Positions 11,217-20,609 of a DNA stretch of 30,245 nt are shown one piece after another. Every line of letters starts with the position of its first letter. The stretch's first letter is position 1. A program made the position numbers and the translations under genes. This stretch comes from Macrostomum lignano (taxonomy: Eukaryota): assembly GCA_002269645.1 (NCBI GenBank), contig NIVC01004600.1, positions 1 to 30,245 of the forward strand, read 5' to 3'. The notes under the pieces are model-generated. The model did not search any database. It saw nothing but the letters and a program-made list of their open reading frames with translations, and was not told the origin of the DNA.

Positions 11217-11891
11217 CAGCTGATGTCGAAGCCGCGCCATCGCCGACCCTGGGAGGAGGATGATGACGTCATTGTCGATCACAACGACGACGAGATGCAA
11301 CAGCAGCAACAGCATCAGCATCATCGTAATCATCGGCACACGACCTCCTTCGACTGCAGCGTCGCGGGTAGCACAGCATCAACGTCCACACCTTCGTCGA
11401 CGCCGAAAAAGTTGGAGCCCCCGACTGTTGATCGCCAGCAGCAGCAGCAGCAGCGTCAGGAGAAGGACGAGGAGATGGCCGAGTCGCCGCTGATGCTCCG
11501 TGACGTCAGTCCGACTCTGTCCGCTGTCGCTGCGCCGTCAGCCATGGAGCTGCCCAGCGACGCGGAGCCTCTGGACCTGATCCCGCGCTCGCTGTACACC
11601 TGCAAGTCCAACAAGGGCCACCTGTGCATCTACTGCGGCAAAGTGTACTCGCGCAAGTACGGTTTGAAAATTCACCTGCGAACTCATACCGGCTACAAGC
11701 CGTTGAAATGCCGCGTCTGTCTGCGGCCGTTCGGCGATCCCAGCAACCTGAACAAGCACATCCGCTTGCACGCCGAGGGCGACACGCCGTATAGGTGCGA
11801 ATTCTGCGCCAAGGTGCTGGTCCGCCGGCGCGACCTGGAGAGGCATCAACGCTCGAGGCATCCGGACCGACTGATTATGATGGGGAAATAA
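10861..11891 (+). CDS. PRDM13: PRDM13 orthologue, exon 3 (N-terminal zinc finger, polyQ/polyP linker, three C-terminal C2H2 fingers); spliced CDS 1485 nt, 494 aa
   Basis: Acceptor CCGCAG ends at 10860. The first finger reads [25 protein letters not shown]. The C-terminus [83 protein letters not shown] is nearly identical to the PRDM13 finger array as recalled. Intron phases are consistent. Confidence 0.93.
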
Positions 11892-12268
11892 GCTCCAGAA
11901 ACCTTGATTTCTACTTATATGAGTAGCATAGTTAGTAAAACTTTATTTAACTTCCTTGAGAAGCTTATCAATAACTTTTTTAAATTATAACAATCCCTTT
12001 CATTATTGAAATTGCAACAAGACTCTAATAAAAAAATTTAACCAAGCATCCGTGCGTACATGTCTCTTGCGTGTTTTTGCTTTCAGTTCTGCTTGCTTTT
12101 CGTCACGTTTAAAATTATTGATCTCTTAAATATATGAAATTTAAATTAATAATAAATTAGCAAATGCACGATCATATTATTTCAATGCTATGCTATGCAT
12201 GTCAATGCTTCTTACCGATCAACATCCAGCGGCTTGTACTTTAATTTTCTGGCTTGAAGAAAATATCC

Positions 12269-12637
12269 ATTCTGTAATAGTAGGTAGAGATTTGTGTAAC
12301 AGTAGGTAGGGATTCTGTAACAGTAGGTAGGGATTCTGTAACAGTAGTTAGGGATTCTGTAACAGTAGGTAGGGATTCTGTAATAGTAGGTAGGGATTCT
12401 GTAACAGTAGGAAGGGATTCTGTAATAGTAGGTAGGGATTCTGTAACAGTAGTTAGGGATTCTGTAACAGTAGGTAGGGATTCTGTAACAGTAGGTAGGG
12501 ATTCTGTAACAGTAGGGATTCTGTAACAGTAGGTAGGGATTCTGTAACAGTAGGTAGGGATTCTGTAACAGTAGGTAGAGATTCTGTAACAGTAGGTAGA
12601 GATTCTGTAACAGTAGGTAGGGATTCTGTAACAGTAA
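12269..12637. repeat. Minisatellite, 21-bp unit GATTCTGTAACAGTAGGTAGG, ~17 copies
   Basis: Direct tandem repetition. It accounts for the minus ORFs 12212-12953. Confidence 0.95.
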
Positions 12638-12893
12638 GTGCAGGGCATTGTTGAAAGACTTCAACAATGTGAAATTTCAAGCTTTTAAGTGTCGAGCCAG
12701 AGAAAATGGCCTGCTGAATGATTTGGCAGTCTTGTCTTGTGTCTAATTTGTCTATGGCCGAAACCCACCGAAGGTAATACCGCTGTTCATGGGCGAATTG
12801 ATTGTCAACGAAAGCTTTCTCGCGAACTATTGTTATACAGCAATAATTTAACTTATATAAATTATAACAATAATTTATTGTTATAATTGAAGG

Positions 12894-13085
12894 ATGGCAC
12901 GTCAACATGACAAGCCGAAGTACTCCACCATGTGGGGCATGGAGTACACTCACAACGGTAATTTAGTCACACTGCGCAGTCATACGCCTAGCGTTAGATT
13001 TCGCGTTATTGGCGAGTCTCAAACGGAGACCAGGGATGCATTTGAGACTTTTGCGGTGCCCAACAAGCAACGATCTCTGCCTGTG
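12894..13085 (+). CDS. Putative exon 1 of the calmodulin-like EF-hand gene
   Basis: ATG at 12894, an EF-hand helix-E-like segment ETRDAFETFA, and donor GTGAGT at 13086 (phase 0). A phase-compatible acceptor CAG ends at 13689. The junction is inferred. Confidence 0.45.
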
Positions 13086-13129
13086 GTGAGTCTGGGGTTG
13101 CGGCGAATACAATGTTAGAGGGGCCTGCA

Positions 13130-13510
13130 AGAGCCGCCAGCAAGAAGCGCCAGCCGAAACTGGCGCCACCATAAGAGAGGCGCCACAAGCAATGAGGTGG
13201 CGCACACAGTAGTGAGGGGTGCCACCCAGCAATGAGAGGCGCCACCAGCAATCAGAGGCGCCACCAGCAATGAGAGGCGCCACCAGCAATGAGAGGCGCC
13301 AACAGCAATGAGAGGCGCCAGCAGCAATGAGAGGCGCCAGCAGCAATAAGAGGCGCCACCCAGCAATGGGGGCGCCAGCAATGAGAGGCGCCACCAGCAA
13401 TGAGAGGCGCCAACAGCAATGAGAGGCGCCAGCAGCAATAAGAGGCGCCAACCAACAATGAGGGGTGCCACCCAGCAGTGAGGGGCGCCATAAGCAATGA
13501 GGGGCGTCAC
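13130..13510. repeat. Minisatellite, ~19-bp unit CAGCAATGAGAGGCGCCAC, in the predicted intron
   Basis: Direct tandem repetition with a GGCGCC core and GGTGCC variants. It accounts for the minus ORFs 12963-13711. Confidence 0.92.
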
Positions 13511-13689
13511 AGGAACGAAGATGAAGGCAGTAAAAATAAAAGAGCTGCATTGACGTATGCTATTCAGCAGAAACATTATATTTATGATGCCTGATATACA
13601 AGCTACTAATGATAACACTATATGCATTTTTAGTAGAGAGAATGTACGAGCAATTTGGCATCCTGTTGAACTCACCCACCCGCAAGCAG

Positions 13690-14277
13690 TCTGAAGACGT
13701 CGCGTCGCCATTCCCGGACATCAAGCCCCAGAACTACGCCGCGCTGCTATTCAACTGCTACTACAAACGGCAGAGCGACAGGCGCCGACAGGGCGGCAGA
13801 AACCACAAGCACAACGAGCCGAAGCTGTCCGAGTCGGAGGTTGGCAGATTTTTGCGCACCTTCCACGGCGGCCTGTCGGCGCAGCGGGTGGCCACCATGG
13901 TCTCGTCCGCTACTGGGGCCGTAGTGAATCAAGTGGGTCGCAACGAGTTTAATATTCTATGCTCGGCTTACCTACCGGTGATTCCGTGCCTGGATTACCT
14001 GTTGGAATACCTGGAGGCTGACGCTGACGAAGTCGGCATCATCAACGGATCGGTTGCCGCGCAGCTGCTCGAGCGTCACGGCTTCCTTGAAGCTGCCCGT
14101 TGGCTTCGACGACGAAAGGAGCCGTCGGCGACGCCGATCGCCTATCCGCAGCTGCTGCACCTCATGGGCCTGCCAAGCTGCTCGCCTTGGAGCCAGCGGA
14201 GCTCGTCCGGCACCACTGGGACGACTGTATCCACCAACGGCATGGCGCCAGTGACGGTGACCTGCGATCGGCCTTGA
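13690..14277 (+). CDS. Degenerate calmodulin-like EF-hand protein, main exon (259 aa if joined to 12894-13085; alternatively from ATG 13642)
   Basis: LSESEVGRFLRTFHGGLSAQRVATMVSSATGAVVNQVGRNEFNILC aligns by eye to calmodulin EF1 helix F through EF2. DADEVGIINGSVAAQLLERHG aligns to EF3 and IAYPQLLHLM to EF4 (VNYEEFVQMM). GC-rich, coding-like ORF. Confidence 0.65.
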   Translation, partial: SEDVASPFPDIKPQNYAALLFNCYYKRQSDRRRQGGRNHKHNEPKLSESEVGRFLRTFHGGLSAQRVATMVSSATGAVVNQVGRNEFNILCSAYLPVIPCLDYLLEYLEADADEVGIINGSVAAQLLERHGFLEAARWLRRRKEPSATPIAYPQLLHLMGLPSCSPWSQRSSSGTTGTTVSTNGMAPVTVTCDRP

Positions 14278-14855
14278 ATGTTGGAGTGTTGTTTCGATAA
14301 ATAATCGCAAATTCTTATTCTACCGACAAGTTGGAATGTAGAATTAAGTAGATTTTATTGGTTGGTACAGTTGGTACGAGTACGTTGTTACGCCCGACAT
14401 ATCTCTGCATCTGTTTGATTGATTTTGATGAAAAATGACAGATACATGGGCACATATGTAATGAGTTCAGTGCTAAAATTTTAGCTTAATCGAGTTGACA
14501 GAACCAAAGCAATCGATCTCAACTGTGGAACCTACAGAATTAGCAGTACGATTTTAAACTGAAAAAAATGTAAAAGTTGTTCCGGAACTTCAAAAAGCAT
14601 CGGCAACTCATCAATCCACGCCGACCACGTGCCACTAGGTGTCGCTCTGATCAGCCCCTCAGCAGCCGCTTGCAGCTCGGGGGAAGCTGGCAAACCGCTG
14701 GCCTCAGGGACTCATCTTGCGCGATGAACCTGCTCTTGAACTCGTCTCCCAGAGCTGAAACTGCCGTCCTTTGTTGCAAGCAGACTTCGTGTGTCGGCGA
14801 TTCTTCTGCTAAAAAATTCGCTAGCCATTCTTACACCCCATTTGACCCCTTAGAT

Positions 14856-15789
14856 CAGGGGTCGGCAACCTTTTTCCACTTGAGGGCCAGATGAGGTTTT
14901 CAGTTCAAGACGACGGGCCACAGGTCGCCCCCGATTATTTCACCCCCTGGGTCTTTCTTTACCCTCCAGTATCTGCCCCACTGGGTCTTTACCCTCCTGA
15001 ATCCGCCCCCTGGATCTTTACCCTCCAGTATCTGCCCCACTGGGTCTTTACCCTCCAAAATTCGGCCCCTTGGGTCTTTACCCTCCAAAATTCGGCCCCT
15101 TGGGTCTTTACCCTCCAGTATCTGCCCCACTGGGTCTTTACCCTCCAAAATTCGGCCCCTGGATCTTTACCCTCCAGTATCTGCCTCACTGGGTCTTTAC
15201 CCTCCAAAATTCGGCCCCTTGGGTTTTTACCTTCCAGTATCTGCCCCACTGTGTCTTTACCCTCCAGAATTCGCCCCTGGGTCTTTACCCTCCAGAATCT
15301 GCCGCCTGGGTCTTTACCCTCCAGAATTCGTCCCTGGGTCTTTACCCTCCAGAATTCGCCCCTGGGTCTTTACCCTCCAGAATCCGCCGCCTGGGTCTTT
15401 ACCCTCCAGAATCCGCCCCTGGGTATTTACTAAATTACTACATTTGTACTCCAGTTGTTGGCCAGCCACCACCTCACTTTCCTTCGCCCCCAGTTCCCCT
15501 ATTTCTATTCTATTCGAAAGTTTGAACTGATGTGCTGTCCGTCTTCTAGAGTTTGTAAACAGCCAGTTACACGATCAGTTCGTGTCTCATTACTAATTTG
15601 TCATTGAAATTGCCAATTGAGGAAAGAAATTCCCCATTTTAGTGCACAAAACTTTTGTGGGAGAAACAATGAAGTTACAATGAAGGTGCGGGCCGGATTA
15701 TAGTAATTAAGATTAAGGAAGTTCGCGGGCCGCATAGAAAGTCTTTGCGGGCCGGATCTAGCCCGCGGGCCGGAGGTTTCAGACCCCTG
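14856..15789. mobile_element. Non-autonomous hAT (Charlie/MER5-like) DNA transposon, 934 bp, with TIRs and 8-bp TSD
   Basis: Left TIR CAGGGGTCGGCAACCT versus reverse complement of the right end CAGGGGTCTGAAACCT (14/16 match). Identical 8-bp flanks CCTTAGAT at 14848-14855 and 15790-15797. Four GCGGGCCG subterminal repeats near the right end. No transposase ORF. Confidence 0.92.
14940..15425. repeat. Minisatellite inside the hAT element, 28-30-bp unit TGGGTCTTTACCCTCCAGAATCCGCCCC, ~17 copies
   Basis: Direct tandem repetition. It accounts for ORFs 14891-15530. Confidence 0.95.
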
Positions 15790-16214
15790 CCTTAGATAGA
15801 AGTTGGTTCCGCGTCTCAGCATCTGTATCTGACGTTGGTTCTGCGCAATCTGCCGTATGCTGCTTACTGCTTTGTTCTTTTTGCTCTTTTATCTATGGCT
15901 AAACCTTCACAGCTTTGCAAGTAATTAATAATCAATACTAAGCAAAAGCAGCGATATTTTGCTGATTATTTTTCCTAAAAATGAGCAGCGATTTCACCAA
16001 GCTAGGGTCCAGACTCGATGCTCTTCAAAAGTCGTTTTGCTAATTTCGTAGGCTCGTCAGTAAATGATCGATTGCTTTTGCTCTGTCGACCCGAATAAGC
16101 TGAAAAATTAGCACTGAACGCATTTCATATTGGCTCACGTGTGTGTAATTTTTAATCAAAATCAATCAAACAAATGCAGAGATATGAGGGGTGTCTAAGA
16201 ACTTTTTGGACGCA

Positions 16215-16415
16215 CTAAGGTATTTGAGGCAGAGCAGCTCTGAATCTTGCGTCTATTCTTGCCACTACCCTGGTTCGATTCCGTGAGTGGCTCCACATTA
16301 ATTCGGGAGCTTGTGTGCGAAAATTTGTTCGATTCACACCTACATGTAGGAGAGCATAGAAGGCACAGAGAGTGTACATGCCACCCTGTGTGAGCGTGTG
16401 CATGAGTGCGGGCCT
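16215..16415 (+). mobile_element. Possible tRNA-derived SINE fragment
   Basis: Box B GGTTCGATTCC at about 16272, inside a GCCACT...AGTGGC stem, with a weak box A-like motif upstream. It does not fold into a full tRNA. Confidence 0.35.
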
Positions 16416-18039
16416 GTCTACAATATTGATAAGCTTCAGGAGTCAGCAGAATTGTTCCAGCGCTAGTGCTGCGGGATGATCTCCCCGAAGGTTCATTTTT
16501 ACTGAAGGACTTCGTAGGATCATTGTTGATGAACTTCTATTCTTCAGGTATGCTTAAATCGTGTTGAATGGTTTTCTAAAAAGGTCCGCAGCAGCATTAG
16601 TTCAGTATCCAAAGCCGAATACCTAAGTACAGCGCTGAGGTTAATCATTACAAAATATGCATGCCCATTAATCACGGTTTCATCGCAACAAATGTAAATG
16701 TAAATTCGCTACGCAGTTTCTCACCGAAAGTCATTGTGAAGGCAGACTGACAAACTGCAACTGCGTTTCCAGAATTTGCTTATGTATTGCTGCTGCAGGT
16801 AGAAATTCATCTGACGCGTACATGGCCCGCGTAAGAAATGGAGCTTCACTACTCTAAAAAGGACTTAATCTTTCGTCTGCTTAAGATAATAGTTGAGTTA
16901 CGGATGTCACGGGTCAAACATATTTTTAATTAAAAGATTGATGCCCTAAAAACGCAGAGGTATGTTAAACGAAAGCAGATCAAGTTGAAGAGGAATGAGA
17001 GACAGCATATGCTTGAAATATTAGAATGTTTTGAAACCCCGATTGAACGTTTTCACAATAGGCTAAAACTAGAATGCGTTAACACACCAAAGAGGACTAT
17101 TCTAGTCAGTAAACGCAGTCGATCAAGGATGTAAGCGTCGTATGAATTCATGAATATGCATCGATAAAATGGCCACCAAATTGATTAGTCTTACATCGCC
17201 TGACATGCTCGCATTTTTTCACAAAGTGATAAACTTAAATTGGTGCGCCATTTGCGTCTGCGACCGCGAGTAAAATGATCTTTAAGCATGTAAAATGTTG
17301 CGTTCCAATACACGCTGTTTAGGCGGTTAAGACTAATGTCAAAGCGCAATTAACACATTTAATGTAATGTCATCAGACGTGCGTAATAGTTGTACTCGTA
17401 AAACTTGTGAAAGCGTAGATCAGCTTGGATACCGCGCTCACGTCGGATTGGCCACCCCCGTACTTTATAAGCCGAATTTTGTGCCTTGTGTCAGTTTGTT
17501 TTGCGCGCTTTACTTCAGGTGTTACTCGTACTTGAAAGAATTGGTAAGTTAAAAAAAAATATGTCTTTTAAATGAGATTTGATTGTTCTCCATGCTGAGT
17601 AACGTTTTACATTTTAATATAGTTATTTCACTCATTGCATGAACAAAGTTTGAATTAAGTTATGTTATACTACAATATTAGACATCAGAGATAAGATCGA
17701 TAGCTTTAATATAAACCTCTAGCATCCCATGTAGTATGGCTCGCAATTGAAGTGCCGATTTATGCTCTCGATTAGATCATAACTAATCGAATCGAAACTA
17801 AGAACTCCGACTTCCCTGGTCTTCTCTCGAAGCAAACGAATTGATTCTAGACTCCATCGGTTTGTGTTTATCCCTTACAAGTATTTAGATATCCTCGTCG
17901 CTGTTATTGCATGCTATGGTATTTGTAGTCGTTTTGTCGGTGTAATGCATGGTGCAGTTTTATTATAAAGATAATTTTTACACTTTTTAAAATTTCTTTT
18001 AAACTTCAAATTTTTTCAAAGGAAACTAAGAAGACAAAG

Positions 18040-19487
18040 ATGACATCGCGCTCTCTCACCATTCCTGCGGTGGGCCATCCATACAGCCTTGGTGCGCTGT
18101 ACAACAGCAGGACCAGCCAAATCATCCCCGGAGTCAAGTTATTCACCGCCGAGCAGATGAAGAAGATGCTGGATGCATCTAAAAACATCAGCATGGAGAC
18201 CGATATCGTAACAGAAACGTCAGCGAACAGTAAAAACCTGAGCACAAAAGTGAGTGGAAATCTGTCGCTGTCAATTCTATCGGGACTGGTGTCCGCTAGC
18301 GGCTCCGGGAACCATCAAACTGCATTAAAAGAGAAAAGAGAGACGGAGAGCGCCATATTTCGACTGCAAGTTCATGGAAAGTATGAGGAACTTGTTCTCC
18401 CACCGGGTTTGAAGCTGAAGAGCTCAGCGAGCTACAAAGATGCCACTCACGTAGTGTTGGGAATTCAGTACGGCGGGGCTGCTCTGTTCTTTTTCGAGCG
18501 GGACAAAGAAGACTCCGCAACGAGCGACAAAGCCGGAGGCGGTCTAAAAGCTCAGATTGGCAAGTTTGCATCGGTGGTCAGCATCTCTGGAGCTGCCTCG
18601 CTTGACATGACGTCGGAGGAAACGAAAGTCATGCAGAAGATCCGAGTTGCCTACAAAGGAGACTTCCACCTGGCCAGCCCACCGACCAACTTCATTGAAG
18701 CCATGAAGTGCATTCAAACAATCCAAGCTGCTGAAGCTAGATCGCCACTGACGGTCAACCTGCTTCCTCTGTCACTGCTGGTTGAAGACGCTCCACCAGC
18801 TCCCCTGCCACTACCGCGCACGTGCATCTCTAAAACTGTTCGCTGCTACGATGTGCTGAAAGAAGCTCTGACTACTCTGCAGGAAATTACTTACAAGCTG
18901 AGACCGACAGCGTGGACTCACGTGGTGAAGAAGCTGGAAGCGGAACTTCGGGAGCTCGAATCATTCAAGTCTTCCCTTGATGATGCTGTGAGGGAAGCTG
19001 TTCTAGATCACACGGCTGAGCCCGCTAATCGTGCGAAAAAATTGAGTTAAAAACGGGCCTTTTCGATGCCGGAAAAAAGTACGCTCACCTACAGGAATGG
19101 GCCACCGCAGTCGCCGATGCCGGTGACGTTCTGGTTGTGATTTCCAATAAGTTCCGGGAGGCTGGCGCTCAGATAATTCAAAGCCAAGCTCAGAGAGCCG
19201 AATTCATCATGAGGAGCATGACAGAACCCAGCCGAAAGATGTACTGCCTGTCTTGCCCAATGAAACTGTTTGAACTGCAAAACTTCAAGCTCCAAGCTGG
19301 ATTGAAACTCTGGAGCGATGAAGAACTGGAGAAGAAGTTTTACAAAACGTTTGTAAAATACTGCCCCACGACAGGAAATCAAAAACAGAAATTTGAGCAA
19401 TCTCTAGCCGCTGTTGAGCAATCCGAGGTTTCTGATTCTGATGCATCCGGAGTGCAGGTGATCTTCCAGAACCTCTCATTAAATTAA
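18040..19487 (+). CDS. Stonustoxin/verrucotoxin-like MACPF/CDC pore-forming protein 1 (MACPF/CDC, helical and thioredoxin-like regions, no PRYSPRY). One frameshift at the A6 run 19036-19041; 482 aa if one A is restored.
   Basis: The N-terminus LTIPAVGHPYSLGALYNSRTSQIIPGVKLF matches SNTX (LVMPALGRPFTLGMLYDARREKLIPGFSLF). MACPF signature ATHVVLGIQYGG. YKGDFHLASPPTNFIEA matches FHGDFLLESLPTTFEDA; PLTVNLLPL matches PMKVWLAPL. A second frame is open from 19029 to 19487 and continues the similarity. No introns in the CDS. Confidence 0.85.
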
Positions 19488-19804
19488 AATTAAATTTGTG
19501 ACACCTCCGTTCGTGAGAAACGACAATATTTCATTGTGAAAACGTGAACTACCGAGTTTGCAAACTAAAGCGCAAACTTTTAGACAAGACCGGAAAGTAG
19601 ACTATTTTTGCCTTACACATTTTCTCACCTTTCTATACCAAGTGGAGATAGCTTATGGATCCGCTTGTATGCGCCTTACTCCTTCGCGATAAATGATTAA
19701 TCATTGTTTTATTTCATTCTCATTAATTGATTAGTTTTTGTTTTCACTAAATATTCAGATCCGCTTTGCTTTACATTTTCTACTCACGTGTACTTATTCA
19801 GTAG

Positions 19805-20135
19805 GAGAGTGGAGTTTTGGTTTGTAGCCTATCGATTAGGCGGTTAGCAACCCACTCAGAACAATTTGTGCCCTTGAGCAAGACACCCAGCTCTGCATTG
19901 CTTCAGTTCACCCAGCTGTAAAATGGGTGCCAGCATTAGCTGGGGTAATTGAGGCTGTGTGTGGCGACCCCCAGCCCTTGGACTGAACAGCCGTACGCAG
20001 CCTTCAGATGCGCCGCGCAATAGCTGCGGCTGAGCTGTCGGTTGCACATCTAGGTAGGTGGTATCAATTAAAATAATAATAATTATTATTATCATTACTA
20101 TTATTGCTATTATCATTAATATTATTATTATTACT
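19805..20135 (+). mobile_element. CORE-SINE (MIR-like core) with (AAT/ATT)n tail, between the two toxin-like genes
   Basis: 19867-19928 GTGCCCTTGAGCAAGACAC...TTGCTTCAGTTCACCCAGCTGTAAAATGGG resembles the CORE domain (CCTTGGGCAAGTCACTT...CCTCAGTTTCCTCATCTGTAAAATGGG). There is a degenerate box B-like GGTTAGCAACCC upstream and a trinucleotide A/T tail. Confidence 0.7.
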
Positions 20136-20609
20136 AATAGTCGTAAAATACACTCTAATTAAATGTTAATTGGAATCAGATTGGTAAAAGTACTATAAAT
20201 ACGATTTCTCATTGTACTCGTAATATATACTCTCAGTTCTAGTAACAAAATCTTTACATAGTACGAGTACTATTAAAATATTTATGAATATGAAACAGGC
20301 ATATTTTGTTCGCTGTCACTAAACCTTAAGCATGTAATCCAGCTTCGTTTTTTTATTTTCAATAAAAGTTAATAAAAAAATACGGATTGTTAAACAAAAA
20401 ATGTTTTTCTTCTTTATTTTGGATTAGTGCACTAGGAATTATATCAGCGGCATACGATAGCTTGTATCTTCTTCTTAGTATAATTTTAGTACTCTCGAGA
20501 TAAAACATTGACCCTTATTGGGGAAGCTGCTAGGCTTATTAAATGGCGGAACTCGCACTAACAACCATCGGCCAAACATTTCAGCACAATCCTGACGAAC
20601 GACTTCAAC

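Noticed and set aside
12212-13711. Minus-strand repetitive ORFs (LLLQNPY, VTESLPT, GASHCWWRLSLL)
   Set aside because: They are translations of the 21-bp and 19-bp minisatellites.
14570-14810. GC-rich, coding-looking minus-strand segment left of the hAT, and a possible + exon at about 16440-16547
   Set aside because: All frames of the first segment contain stops, no homology was recognised for either, and no consistent gene model could be built.
14891-15530. Possible transposase ORFs inside the hAT element
   Set aside because: All are minisatellite translations, with no DDE, BED or hAT dimerisation motifs.
16215-16300. tRNA gene
   Set aside because: Only box B and a T-arm-like stem are present, with no acceptor or anticodon arms. 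Treated as a SINE-like fragment.
19030-19050. Programmed -1 ribosomal frameshift in toxin-like gene 1
   Set aside because: G_AAA_AAA is not a canonical X_XXY_YYZ heptamer, no obvious downstream stimulator was seen, and five similar one-base losses in the kinase gene favour sequencing error.
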